From: Terracidiphilus sp.
Lineage (GTDB): Bacteria; Acidobacteriota; Terriglobia; Terriglobales; Acidobacteriaceae
DNA: 64,000 nucleotides
NCBI GenBank assembly: GCA_049515995.1
Contig: JBEKTO010000004.1
Span: 30,042-94,041 of the forward strand
Direction: 5' to 3'
A program made the translations under genes and the position numbers. The notes under the pieces were generated by a model that ran no database searches, was not told the origin of the DNA, and worked only from the letters and a program-made list of their open reading frames with translations. Below are positions 36,156-45,781 of the stretch, piece after piece; the stretch's first letter is position 1; each line of letters opens with the position of its first letter.

Positions 36156-37550
36156 CTAGCCGCGCCTCGAGGCGACCACCAAGGCCGTCGCCACGCGATT
36201 TCGCCCCTCGTGCTTGGCCTCGTACAAGGCCTTGTCCGCCGCCAGAAGCAGGCTTTCGGGCATCTTGATGCTTCCACCCTGACGGGCGAGGGCGGTCGCG
36301 ACGCCGAGGCTGGCGGTAACCCAGCCGCCATGTTCCGGGTTGCCTTCGTGCGAGAGGCGCAGAGATTCAATGGCTGAGCGGATCTTTTCAGCCACCTTGA
36401 CCGCGCCGGCGGTATCGGCGGAGGGGAGGATGACGGCGATCTCCTCACCGCCATAGCGGGCAGCGAAATCGGAGGCGCGCACAGACAGGCTTACGGCGGC
36501 CGCGATGGCGCGCAGGCAGTCGTCTCCGGCCTGATGCCCGTAGCGGTCGTTGAATCTCTTGAAGCGGTCCACATCGAGCAGCAACAGGGACATCTGCGAA
36601 CCCGCCCGCAGGGTGCGCCTCCATTCGCGGTCCAAGGTCCGGTCGAAGGCGCGGCGATTGGCGAGTCCGGTCAGGCCGTCGGTGAGCGCCAGAGCGGTCA
36701 GCTTGACCTCTTCTTTTTTGCGTTCCGTAATGTCGCGCAGAATGTTGACGAACTCTTCTGGTTCGCCGGTGACGGAATCGCGCACCAGGCGGATGCTAGC
36801 CTCTACCCACCGTATCGACTTGTCTTTCCTGCGCACCCGCGCCGTTCCGATGCTGCTTTGGTTTTTTGAGGCAAGAATCTGGGCAATTTTCGCCTCAACA
36901 TGGGGCATGTCTTCGGCCAGGATGTAGAAATCCAGTCCTTTGCCCACCAATTCCTCCGGCTTCCAGCCAAGCAGATGGATGCAGGAGGGAGACATATACA
37001 GGACCACGCGCTCGAGGCTTACGCGCATGATGACGTCGACGCTGTGTTCGGCGAGGTATTGGAAATAGTTTTCGTCTTCAACAGACTTGACGGAAACGCG
37101 GCGCATGGAGAGCCCGGAGGGAGGGCCGGTCAGCGCCTGTGCGGCCAGCTTTTCCTCCTCCCGCTTGCGTCCTGTAATGTCGCGCATCACGAGGACATAC
37201 TCGCGTGGCTCGCCGGTGGCGGAATCGCGCACCAGGCGCGCGTTCATCTCCACCCACGCCGCGGAGCCGTCCTTCTTGCGCATCCTGACCGTCGCGGTTA
37301 CGTTTTGCGCTTCCGGCGCCTGGATCTCTTTCGCCGCGGCATCGAGGAGGGGAAGATCTTCAGGCAGGACGAAGTCTTCAGGCCCTTTGCCGAGCATCTC
37401 CTGCTGCGTCCAGCCAAGGATGCGAAGGCAGGAGGGGGAGATATAGCGGATTCGCCGGTCCATTCCGGAACGGCAGATCATGTCGGCGCTGTTTTCCGCC
37501 AGAAATTGGAAGTCGCTCTCGTCTTCGCCAGGCATGGGGGGAGCCTCCAC
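36156..37550 (-). CDS. Diguanylate cyclase with two PAS/PAC domains
   Basis: Two PAS repeats ending RDIT.RK; DGLTGLANRR, LDVDRFK, RYGGEEI with RxxD I-site. Confidence 0.92.
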   Translation of the reverse strand: MEAPPMPGEDESDFQFLAENSADMICRSGMDRRIRYISPSCLRILGWTQQEMLGKGPEDFVLPEDLPLLDAAAKEIQAPEAQNVTATVRMRKKDGSAAWVEMNARLVRDSATGEPREYVLVMRDITGRKREEEKLAAQALTGPPSGLSMRRVSVKSVEDENYFQYLAEHSVDVIMRVSLERVVLYMSPSCIHLLGWKPEELVGKGLDFYILAEDMPHVEAKIAQILASKNQSSIGTARVRRKDKSIRWVEASIRLVRDSVTGEPEEFVNILRDITERKKEEVKLTALALTDGLTGLANRRAFDRTLDREWRRTLRAGSQMSLLLLDVDRFKRFNDRYGHQAGDDCLRAIAAAVSLSVRASDFAARYGGEEIAVILPSADTAGAVKVAEKIRSAIESLRLSHEGNPEHGGWVTASLGVATALARQGGSIKMPESLLLAADKALYEAKHEGRNRVATALVVASRRG

Positions 37551-37805
37551 GTTCGACTTTGCGCAGGATGCGGAAGCCTTTCTTTGGAGCCGCTTGCACT
37601 GGACCGGTAACCGGCCGTCTTCGGCGATCGTCCCAGGCGGGAGGGGAACGAAAGAACAGCGGGCCGCTCGGGAGCAGGCACAAAAAAGCGCGTGCCTGGC
37701 CCAAGTGTACTGACAAATAAGATAAAGAAACCGAAAAAAACATTGAACTTCCAGCCGGTTCGGTCGATCTTCGGATCAGGAGCAGTCTTTGAACAAGGAG
37801 CGAAG

Positions 37806-38075
37806 ATGGGAATCGGCCCAGTGATCCCTCTGATTCCGTTGCCGGCCAGCCAAACCGTCCAGGCAGATTTTGCGCTGCCTCCGATGGCCAGGGTGGAGAA
37901 CTCGGCAAGAAGCGGCGACGAATCCTACTCTCCCAGCGGGGGCAAATCCGCGGGCGGCTCCGACGGCGAGCCGGAAGACGAGTTCGAAGAGCAAGCCGGC
38001 GATGAAGGCGAGGTTCAATTCGCCGCGCAGCCTGCCGCGAAGGGCCAGGACCAGCAGATCAGCTTTTTCGCGTGA
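37806..38075 (+). CDS. Small acidic hypothetical protein
   Basis: GGAG before ATG; low-complexity acidic sequence ending QISFFA. Confidence 0.5.
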   Translation: MGIGPVIPLIPLPASQTVQADFALPPMARVENSARSGDESYSPSGGKSAGGSDGEPEDEFEEQAGDEGEVQFAAQPAAKGQDQQISFFA

Positions 38076-38271
38076 GAACTCGAGACGGAAGCACGGCTTG
38101 CGGGGGCAATCTGTCGCAGTGACCGAGGTTTAGAGGCGGCGTGGAAGTCCGGATCTCGGGCAACGGGCCGCAACTTAGCTTTCGCACTTCGTTGATTCTA
38201 TGTAACTTATATAATATTCATGAAGGTTTTACCCAAGGAGCCTTGCAAATTCTACGCGCATGACCTAATTT

Positions 38272-38285
38272 ACTAACTAGTTAGT
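38272..38285. promoter_or_regulatory. Perfect palindrome ACTAACTAGTTAGT, putative TetR operator
   Basis: 14-bp dyad 6 nt upstream of the TetR ATG. Confidence 0.65.
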
Positions 38286-38291
38286 TAAAAC

Positions 38292-39095
38292 ATGACAGAG
38301 AACCTTTCAACCCGAACGCAGACGGAGCGCGCCGACCAGACGCGAGCGCGGATTCTGGATGCCGCGGTCCGCGAGTTCAGCTCGAACGGACTGGCCGGAG
38401 CGCGCACGGAGCAGATTGCCGAAGCCGCGGGCGTAAACAAGGCGTTGCTCTACTACTACTTCAAGGGGAAAGAGGCGCTCTACGAGGCCGCTTTGGAGTT
38501 GGTGGCCGAGGGTGTGCGGGCGACGAACATGGCGGTGCTGGACGGGAAGGCCTCGGCCGGCGAACGCTTTCTGATGTCGGTACTGACCCATTTCGACCGC
38601 ATTCACACCAATCCGGGGTTCCAGAGCCTGATGCAGCAGGAGATGATTCGGCTGCATCGCGGCGAGGACAACGCCCTGACGCCGCTGGTGGACAAGGTCT
38701 TTCGGCCGCTGATGGCGCGGATGAACGAGGTGCTGGAAGAGGGCATTGCCTCGGGCGAGCTGATTCCGGCCGATCCCTCGCAAATCCGCTATGCGGCGCT
38801 GGGCGCCAATGTCTTCTACTTTCTTTCCGCGCCGCTCATGAAGATGATTCAGGGCGCCGACCCGCTGGAGAGCGGCGCATTGGAGTTTCGCAGAACGGCC
38901 GCGATCGAATACCTGGGACAAGCCCTGTTTATCGACCGCGAGCATGGGGCGCGGGTGGCCGCGCGCGTTCTGACGGCCGCGCCCGCGCCCAAAAACGGCG
39001 GCATTCTGCCGCAGGCAACGCCGGAGTTCCGCCCAATCGAGAAGCAAGAGAAGCAAGAAGCGATTCGTTTTCTCCTACAACGATTACGACCATAA
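38292..39095 (+). CDS. TetR/AcrR family regulator of efflux operon
   Basis: ARTEQIAEAAGVNKALLYYYFKGKEALY HTH. Confidence 0.9.
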   Translation: MTENLSTRTQTERADQTRARILDAAVREFSSNGLAGARTEQIAEAAGVNKALLYYYFKGKEALYEAALELVAEGVRATNMAVLDGKASAGERFLMSVLTHFDRIHTNPGFQSLMQQEMIRLHRGEDNALTPLVDKVFRPLMARMNEVLEEGIASGELIPADPSQIRYAALGANVFYFLSAPLMKMIQGADPLESGALEFRRTAAIEYLGQALFIDREHGARVAARVLTAAPAPKNGGILPQATPEFRPIEKQEKQEAIRFLLQRLRP

Positions 39096-39126
39096 CGTTC
39101 CGCCGAATCGAGAAGCAAGAAGTGAG

Positions 39127-40197
39127 GTGCAAGTGAACGCACGCAATCGGGTTTTTATCATCCTGGCTCTGCTCACCGTGGGGTCGCTGATCTGGTACTT
39201 CGTTACGGTGCGGCCGACGGGCGATCTGCAACTGATCGGCACCGTGGACGCCAACGAGGTGCTGGTGAGCGCCAAGATTCCGGGGCGCATCCAGAGGCTG
39301 CTGGTGGACGAAGGCCAGGACGTGAAAGCCGGGCAACTGATCGCGATCATCGAGAGCGACGACCTGCAAGCCGCGCGCAAGGCCGCCGAGGCCACGGCCA
39401 GCAGCCAGAAGTGGAAGCTGGGCGAGTCGGTGGAGACCGAGCGCCAGACCCGCGGCGAAACCGGGAGCGCGGCAGCTAACGCCGATGCCCAATTACGCGC
39501 CGCCAAAGCCGCGCTGGCCCAGGCGCAGGCCAACTACGACCATCAGCAGGCCGACACCAGCCGCACCGTCGCGCTGGCCCAGCAGGGCATCATGAGCCAG
39601 CAGTCGAAGGACGAGGCGTCCACCAGCCTGCAGGCCGCCAAAGCCGCAGTGGATACGGCGCGGGAAAACGTGGTGGCGGCGGAGGCTTCGTTGCGCCAGG
39701 CACGCGCCCATGAGCTGCTGACCACGGTTGCGGCCCGCACGGTGGATTCGACCCGCGACGAAGTGGCCAACGCCCGCGCCCTGGCCGAACAGGCCAAAGT
39801 CGAGGTGGGCTACTCGCAGGTCTTTGCTCCGGTGACGGGCAAGGTGAACGTCCGCGCCGCACGCCAGGGCGAGGTGGTGGCCGCGGGCGCGCCCATCGTC
39901 ACCATTATGGACCTGACGCAGACCTGGATCTACGCGCCGCTGCCGGAGACGCAGGCCGACGCGGTCCAACTCGGCGATTCGCTGCGCGTGGTGATGCCTT
40001 CGGGCACGACGCTGCAGGGCAAGGTGATTGTGAAATCGGCCGAGGCCGACTTTGCCACCCAGCGCGACGTGAGCGCCCGCAAGCGCGACATCAAGACCGT
40101 GCAGTTGAAGCTGCTCATCGACAATCCCGGCGAGCGTTTTGTTCCCGGCATGACCGCGGAGGTCTACATTCCGAAAAACAAGCTGGTGAAGCAATGA
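39127..40197 (+). CDS. HlyD family membrane fusion protein
   Basis: N-terminal TM, lipoyl halves (VDEGQDVKAGQ; APVTG.V), coiled coil, PGM.AEV. Confidence 0.88.
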   Translation: MQVNARNRVFIILALLTVGSLIWYFVTVRPTGDLQLIGTVDANEVLVSAKIPGRIQRLLVDEGQDVKAGQLIAIIESDDLQAARKAAEATASSQKWKLGESVETERQTRGETGSAAANADAQLRAAKAALAQAQANYDHQQADTSRTVALAQQGIMSQQSKDEASTSLQAAKAAVDTARENVVAAEASLRQARAHELLTTVAARTVDSTRDEVANARALAEQAKVEVGYSQVFAPVTGKVNVRAARQGEVVAAGAPIVTIMDLTQTWIYAPLPETQADAVQLGDSLRVVMPSGTTLQGKVIVKSAEADFATQRDVSARKRDIKTVQLKLLIDNPGERFVPGMTAEVYIPKNKLVKQ

Positions 40198-41240
40198 CTT
40201 CCCCAGCCACAAACTCAGCCGAAACGCAGGAGGACCCACGGCTCACCGCTGCGATCGCCGTGGAGCACATTGTGAAGAAATACGGCGACTTTGAAGCGGT
40301 GAAGGACGTGAGCTTCTCCGTGGGCGATGGCGAAATCTTCGGTCTTCTCGGCCCCAACGGCGCGGGCAAGAGCACTCTTATCCGCATGATGACCACGCTG
40401 GTTCCGATCACCGGCGGCCGGGCGATCGTCGACGGCCACGACGTGGCCAAGGAGCCCGATGCGGTTCGCCGCAGGATCGGCGTGATTCCGCAGGCGCTGA
40501 CGAGCGACCCAGACCTTACCGTGGAAGAGAACCTGAGCATCTACGCCAAGCTCTACAGCGTGCCCAGGTCAGAGCGGGAAAAGAACATTTCCGAGGTGCT
40601 GGAAGCCGTGGACCTGACCAAGTGGCGCGGGGCGCAGGTGAAGACGCTTTCCGGCGGAATGCGCCGCCGGGTCGAGATTGCGCGCGGGCTGGTGCACAAC
40701 CCGCACATCTTTTTTCTCGACGAGCCCACCACGGGACTCGATCCGGTCTCGCGCATCGCCGTGTGGGAGATGCTGAACAACCTGAGGGAAACGCGCCATC
40801 TGACCATGCTGCTGACCACCCACTACATGGAAGAGGCCGACAAGCTCTGCGACCGCATCGCCATTGTGGATCACGGCACACTGGTGGCTCTCGGCACGCC
40901 CATCGAGCTGAAGCACAGCGTGCCCGGCGCCAACGTGGTGGAGGTGCACTTCGACCGCGAAACGGTCGAGTGGCAAGCGCGGCTGGAAGGCCTCGACGGC
41001 GTCACCAGCGTGCAGGCCGAGAGCGCCGGCTTCTATCGCGTGCTCACGTCGAGCGGCTCGAAGACCACCATGCAACTGGTCGAGATGGCCGCGGCGCTGG
41101 GCGAGACGCTTACTTCGCTCAGCGTTCAGAACACCACGCTCGACGATGTCTTTGTCCACTACACGGGCCGCCAACTCCGCGATGAGCAGGTCAAGCCTCC
41201 AGCCTTCACCATGCCGCCGCGTCCGGGAGCCCAGCCATGA
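40194..41240 (+). CDS. ABC transporter ATP-binding protein
   Basis: GPNGAGKST, LSGGMRRR, LDEPTTGLDP, TTHYMEEA. Confidence 0.93.
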   Translation: MTSPATNSAETQEDPRLTAAIAVEHIVKKYGDFEAVKDVSFSVGDGEIFGLLGPNGAGKSTLIRMMTTLVPITGGRAIVDGHDVAKEPDAVRRRIGVIPQALTSDPDLTVEENLSIYAKLYSVPRSEREKNISEVLEAVDLTKWRGAQVKTLSGGMRRRVEIARGLVHNPHIFFLDEPTTGLDPVSRIAVWEMLNNLRETRHLTMLLTTHYMEEADKLCDRIAIVDHGTLVALGTPIELKHSVPGANVVEVHFDRETVEWQARLEGLDGVTSVQAESAGFYRVLTSSGSKTTMQLVEMAAALGETLTSLSVQNTTLDDVFVHYTGRQLRDEQVKPPAFTMPPRPGAQP

Positions 41241-42349
41241 ACAGAATGCTCGCCATTGTCGAGCGCGAAATGCGCAAGTTCTTCCGCTCGCCCACGCTCA
41301 TGATTATGTCGCTGATGATGCCGCTTTTGCAGCTGGTCATCATGGGGAATGCCTTCGGCGGCAAGATCGTCGGCGCCCGCGTGGCCGTGGTCGATTACGA
41401 TCACGGTCCGCAGGCGGTGAAGATTCGCGAGGCCTTCGACTCGATCGCCGTCAACATCAAGACCTTCACCACGGTGAACTACACCGACGAGCGGCTGGCG
41501 CGCGAAGACGTGCGCACCGGCAAGATCGACGCCGCCGTCGTAATTCCCGCGCAATATTCGCGCCGCGTCTACGCGCAGGACGCGCCGCGCATTGGCTTTG
41601 TGGTGGATAACTCCGACCAGTTCACTTCCGCCTCGCTCGAAGCCGAGATGCAACTGGTGGTCGACGCGCTCACCGCTCCCGCGATTCAGCCGCGGCTGGC
41701 CAACTCGATCGCCCTGGGAATCGTCGAACTGTATCCTTACGTCAATTACATGAAGTTTCTGCTGCCCGCCACGATAGCTTTGGCCATGTATATCTCGGTG
41801 ATGATCGGCGGCGGCATGTTATACATCGACGACAAGGCGCGCGGCGTGCACGAGGGCTATCTTGTAACTCCCATTACACGGCTTGAGTTAGTCTTCGGGC
41901 TCAACACGGCCGGCGCCATCAAGGCCACGCTGGCCGGCATCTCGCTGACCGTGATCGGCTCGCTTACGGCCGGCCTGGGGGTTATCTTCAGCCTCAAGAC
42001 CGACCTGGAATTGCTCGCCCTGATTCTGGTCACATCCATCGCCTTCAATGGCATGATGTTTCTGCTCATGGTCCGCGTCGACGATCCGCTGGTTCCGCGC
42101 GCCATGTTCGGCGTGCTCAACACGCTGCTCTTTTATCCCTCCGGCGCCATGTATCCCATCGCCGCGTTTCCCAAGTGGCTCCGGGCCATCGCGATCGTGG
42201 ACCCATTCACGTATTGCATCCACGGCTTCAAGGCCATTCTGTTGAAAGACGGGGGCTTCGAAGCTATCCGATTCGACCTGCTCTTTCTCCTGGTCTTTGG
42301 CATCGGCACGTTGCTCATTGCCACGCCGCTCTTCAAGCGGACGCTCTAG
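41237..42349 (+). CDS. ABC-2 type transporter permease
   Basis: Multi-TM; SGAMYPI..FP.WL..IA..DPFTY. Confidence 0.9.
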   Translation: MNRMLAIVEREMRKFFRSPTLMIMSLMMPLLQLVIMGNAFGGKIVGARVAVVDYDHGPQAVKIREAFDSIAVNIKTFTTVNYTDERLAREDVRTGKIDAAVVIPAQYSRRVYAQDAPRIGFVVDNSDQFTSASLEAEMQLVVDALTAPAIQPRLANSIALGIVELYPYVNYMKFLLPATIALAMYISVMIGGGMLYIDDKARGVHEGYLVTPITRLELVFGLNTAGAIKATLAGISLTVIGSLTAGLGVIFSLKTDLELLALILVTSIAFNGMMFLLMVRVDDPLVPRAMFGVLNTLLFYPSGAMYPIAAFPKWLRAIAIVDPFTYCIHGFKAILLKDGGFEAIRFDLLFLLVFGIGTLLIATPLFKRTL

Positions 42350-42531
42350 ATATCTGTTCGATTACCCGTTTTTGCAGGAAAGGTAAGGGTTTCACTGTGA
42401 ATTGGTCAAAAAATGGATGCTGCCACTCGGAGTCTTCCCACAAATGCTTCCTCTCCGTGCTCTTCCACGGTTCGAGACGCCGTAGCAGAAGAAGTGGATC
42501 GCTGCTCCACGACTGTTACTTGTCCCATGCA

Positions 42532-42837
42532 ATGAATGAGCCATCCATTGGCGAGCCCGACAATCGGCCGAACTCGTCTCTTCCTGCCCGGCAAGCATCT
42601 GGCTCATTCGTCTCCGCATTTCATATCACTGCGGAGAGGGAGTTAGCGGCCTTTTACGAGGCGGTATTGGAGATGCACGGTCCCGAAGAAGCGCGTCATG
42701 CAGCCCAGGACTGGATCGAAGCATTGGAGGGGATGGAGAAGCCCATCTCCGGCAGCGTTCCCGACTGGCGTCATGCGACAATTACCGCTGCCGATTTCCT
42801 GGCCTCCAGAATCACCAACCATTCCGAGTGCCAGTAA
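42532..42837 (+). CDS. Hypothetical protein
   Basis: AERELAAFYEAV...GPEEARHAAQDW helical core; start uncertain. Confidence 0.5.
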   Translation: MNEPSIGEPDNRPNSSLPARQASGSFVSAFHITAERELAAFYEAVLEMHGPEEARHAAQDWIEALEGMEKPISGSVPDWRHATITAADFLASRITNHSECQ

Positions 42838-43024
42838 GGGTCAAACGTCCCTCTTCGCCCGCGCGCAATTCCGGGCCAAAGAGAAAGATTTCCGGCGGGC
42901 AACGTTCATCAGTCCGGGATGCAAAGAGGCGGTCCATTCCTTGTGGGAGGATGGGCCGCTTCGTTGCGTGCGCGCCGGATTGCAGCCCGGCCGCGACCGT
43001 TAAACCACGAATGCGTCGCGCGCT

Positions 43025-44275
43025 CTACCAGAACGGATGCCCGAAATAGCTGAGCAGCGAGAGCGCGATCAGCCCGGCTCCCAGCAGCGCCTGAATTCCC
43101 GAGACGGTGCGGAGCCAGCCGCGGGCGCGGATATCGAATTCGCGCGGCATCATCATGCGCATCCACTGGCTGCCGTCAAAACCCTCAACTCCGATGGTGA
43201 AGATGCTCATGAGGCTGAAGAAGAGGGCTTTCAGGAGCGCTTGCAATTCCAGTCCCGGCCGGCGAATGAGGCTATGCCATACTTGCGAGGTCTCTGCCTC
43301 CAGCGCCGGAGCTGCTTTTATCGCCGCGGAGCGCGGAGGCACCACGGAGATGCGCGTGACCTGCTCCTTGGCCGTGTCATCTGCAACGCTCTTGCCGCTC
43401 ATGACCAGGTAAAGGCCGGCCTTCTTCATCTCAAAGTGCATGGCAACCCAGTAGATGAGCGTGCACAGCGCGCACAACATCCCAACGATCTTCAACGGAC
43501 GCAGCGGGTCGGCTCCCCATGCGCAGGTCCAGTCGAAGAGCAGCCGCTGCGCCGCATTTTCCTTATGACGGTGATAGGCGCGGTTTACCTCGCGGCCCGC
43601 CTGCTCAAAGCCCGCGTCGAGCAGAGCGTTTCTGAGGCTCACAATGGGCTCGGGGTCTTTTCCGTAGCGAAGGTCGGCCAGGTGCTGTGCCGTGCCGATC
43701 TGCGAAGGCCCAGGGCCGGCCGAGGGTTGAAACAAGACATTCTTCAGCTCCGCGCCTTCCAACTCGGCGCCGGTGAGCACCGCGTCCTGAAGGTCCGCGC
43801 CGGCCAGGTTGGCGTTGGTCAGGTCCGCGTCCGTCAGGTCGGCGTTGGTCATGCGCGCGCCATTCAGCTTCGCGCCGGGGAGGTGAATGTCGCCCCCACC
43901 CAGGTAGACCCCCTTCAGATGCGCGCCGTTCAGATTCGCCCGGCGCAGGCTGGCTTGAGTCAGGTCGGTCTGGCCCTGGTCGGGGCTGTTCAGGTTCGCC
44001 GCTGTCAGGTCCGCGCCGTCGAGGTTGGCCTGGGTCAGGTCCAGTCCTCGCAGGTCTCGATTGGCCAGGCTCGCCCCATGCAGATCCGCATGCGTCAGCT
44101 CGCCCTGCGTTCCTTCGCGGCCACCGCTGTTTACCCACTTGGTGTTTTCGCTCAGGATGCTATCCAGCTCGGCCTGGGAGCGCACGGTCCCGGTGGCGTC
44201 TTTCCATGTCCACGGTTCGACGGCTGCCGCGCGGACCGCCAGCACAAGGCATAACAGCAACAGACCTTTTTTCAT
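43025..44275 (-). CDS. Pentapeptide-repeat protein with C-terminal transmembrane region
   Basis: Signal peptide; A[D/N]L-x repeats; three to four hydrophobic segments at the C-terminus. Confidence 0.8.
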   Translation of the reverse strand: MKKGLLLLCLVLAVRAAAVEPWTWKDATGTVRSQAELDSILSENTKWVNSGGREGTQGELTHADLHGASLANRDLRGLDLTQANLDGADLTAANLNSPDQGQTDLTQASLRRANLNGAHLKGVYLGGGDIHLPGAKLNGARMTNADLTDADLTNANLAGADLQDAVLTGAELEGAELKNVLFQPSAGPGPSQIGTAQHLADLRYGKDPEPIVSLRNALLDAGFEQAGREVNRAYHRHKENAAQRLLFDWTCAWGADPLRPLKIVGMLCALCTLIYWVAMHFEMKKAGLYLVMSGKSVADDTAKEQVTRISVVPPRSAAIKAAPALEAETSQVWHSLIRRPGLELQALLKALFFSLMSIFTIGVEGFDGSQWMRMMMPREFDIRARGWLRTVSGIQALLGAGLIALSLLSYFGHPFW

Positions 44276-44795
44276 GGTGAGCGTGATTATAGCCAGAGCG
44301 GGGCGGGAAAGTGGAGGAGTTTTTTGCGTTTGAGCGCAGTTGAAGAGGAAAGCTGCGCTGCCGCATGATGCTCCGGATCGGCTCGTTATCGGCATAGACG
44401 CGCCACTCCGCGACCTTGCCATCCAAGATGAACACGCGGAAGGCGGCCGGCGTCTTCCAGTGGTTTTCCGGCCGGAGTTTTCCGCCGGACGCATGGGGCG
44501 GGGTCCCCATCGGCAGGTCTTCGTCGATGGGATGACAGTAGGTTCCCTGCGCCTCGCCCAGCATCACCACCAGAGGGCCGTCGCAGAGGGTTTCCTCCAC
44601 GGCAATGGAGTAATCCGGAACCATGCGGAAGTACGCGGCCCACGCGGCCCGCATCTTCTCCCGGCCCTCGACCGCATTGCCCAGCGAATCGACAAAACGG
44701 TGCTCGGGCGCCATCCACTCCGCCAGCGCGTCCACATCCTGCCGGTTGATGGCCCGCACGAAGGTGCGGGCGACGGATTCGGGTGAATCGGTCAT
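44160..44795 (-). CDS. SnoaL/NTF2-like protein
   Basis: FVRAINRQDVDAL, H.FVDSLG, AAF...DGKVAEWRVYAD; tail overlaps the next gene. Confidence 0.75.
   Translation of the reverse strand: MTDSPESVARTFVRAINRQDVDALAEWMAPEHRFVDSLGNAVEGREKMRAAWAAYFRMVPDYSIAVEETLCDGPLVVMLGEAQGTYCHPIDEDLPMGTPPHASGGKLRPENHWKTPAAFRVFILDGKVAEWRVYADNEPIRSIMRQRSFPLQLRSNAKNSSTFPPRSGYNHAHHEKRSVAVMPCAGGPRGSRRTVDMERRHRDRALPGRAG
44499..44537 (-). repeat. REP-like palindrome in frame in the SnoaL gene
   Basis: CCCATCGGC-N8-GTCGATGGG stem; encodes CHPIDEDLPMGTP. Confidence 0.6.
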
Positions 44796-44902
44796 GGGGA
44801 GATTGTACCCACTCCGCGCTTGGCAGTCCTGTATCGTGCATGCCTCCAGACCGTCCTTGAGCGAACTGTCAATGCGGCCCGTCCGCAATGTTCCGCCTTT
44901 TG

Positions 44903-45781
44903 TCAATGGGAATTCAGCCAGTTGTTGAAGGCAAGGCGGTCAAATATGAGTTCTTGCTCATGCTGAATAATCCCCACCCCTTTGTCGGCCAGGAACACTG
45001 CCAGTTGCTCGCCTGATCGCACGATGACACCTGCCGCCTCTGCGAGCGACCCAGCGCCGCTTGTGACGCTGCCTGTGGTGAACAGGAGTATTACCAAGGG
45101 AGAAAATGGCTTCAGCGCTAGGTCCCGAAATATGTCCAAGACGGGCCGAGAGAACGTTCCAGTACGCGCCAGCGACACGGCACCAATAAGCTCTCGAATT
45201 AGATCGGGGCCGACGGCGCGATTTGGATAATGCTTAGCTTGACCGGCAAAAAGGATTACGACATCATGGGCGAGCTTAAGGAATGGCGCGGGAACGTCAT
45301 GTAGCTGCCCAACGCTGAGCTGGCCATAGAAGTCAATTCCTTGGTCGCCCCTTTGCGGCGTAATGCGCGAGTACTTCGCTCCCATCTCGCTCAGTATCCT
45401 AGCTCCAAATACTTCGAACTCGGTAAACGAAAGGGCTCTCATTGCAGATAGGATTGAAGGAGCGTGGAGGCGCTGCTTTTTGACAGCAGATATGTGGGTC
45501 TCATCAGCCTTGAGAACGTAGCAGTACCCTGCCACGACATCAGAATTCGCCCCGATTAGCGCGATTATAGGCGTGGTCCCCGTCCGCTCAGACTCTGCGA
45601 TCCGAGCGGAAATAACCCGCGCCACTGCAGCCTCCACCACCTCCGCGCTCTCTGAAGCCTGAATTGCCGGGAGTCCGAAGTGAGCGTTGAGTTCCTCCTC
45701 AATCGCCGATCGCAACCGACGCGGCGAGCCATTTAAGCCGAGGACATTTTCCAGTCTGTCAACCAGCGATTTCGGTGTCAC
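44903..45781 (-). CDS. Mrr-like PD-(D/E)xK restriction endonuclease
   Basis: LSFTEFE..., RITPQRGDQGID, QAKHY, IRELIGA, FTTG, GEQL; GTG start overlaps upstream stop (GTGA). Confidence 0.78.
   Translation of the reverse strand: MTPKSLVDRLENVLGLNGSPRRLRSAIEEELNAHFGLPAIQASESAEVVEAAVARVISARIAESERTGTTPIIALIGANSDVVAGYCYVLKADETHISAVKKQRLHAPSILSAMRALSFTEFEVFGARILSEMGAKYSRITPQRGDQGIDFYGQLSVGQLHDVPAPFLKLAHDVVILFAGQAKHYPNRAVGPDLIRELIGAVSLARTGTFSRPVLDIFRDLALKPFSPLVILLFTTGSVTSGAGSLAEAAGVIVRSGEQLAVFLADKGVGIIQHEQELIFDRLAFNNWLNSH

Noticed and set aside
39035-39120. 15-bp direct repeat AATCGAGAAGCAAGA at the end of the TetR gene
   Set aside because: Looks like a local duplication with no sign of an insertion element between the copies
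44160-44494. Overlap between the SnoaL tail and the pentapeptide gene suggesting a programmed frameshift fusion
   Set aside because: No slippery site seen; the pentapeptide gene has its own signal peptide, so a lost stop codon is the simpler explanation
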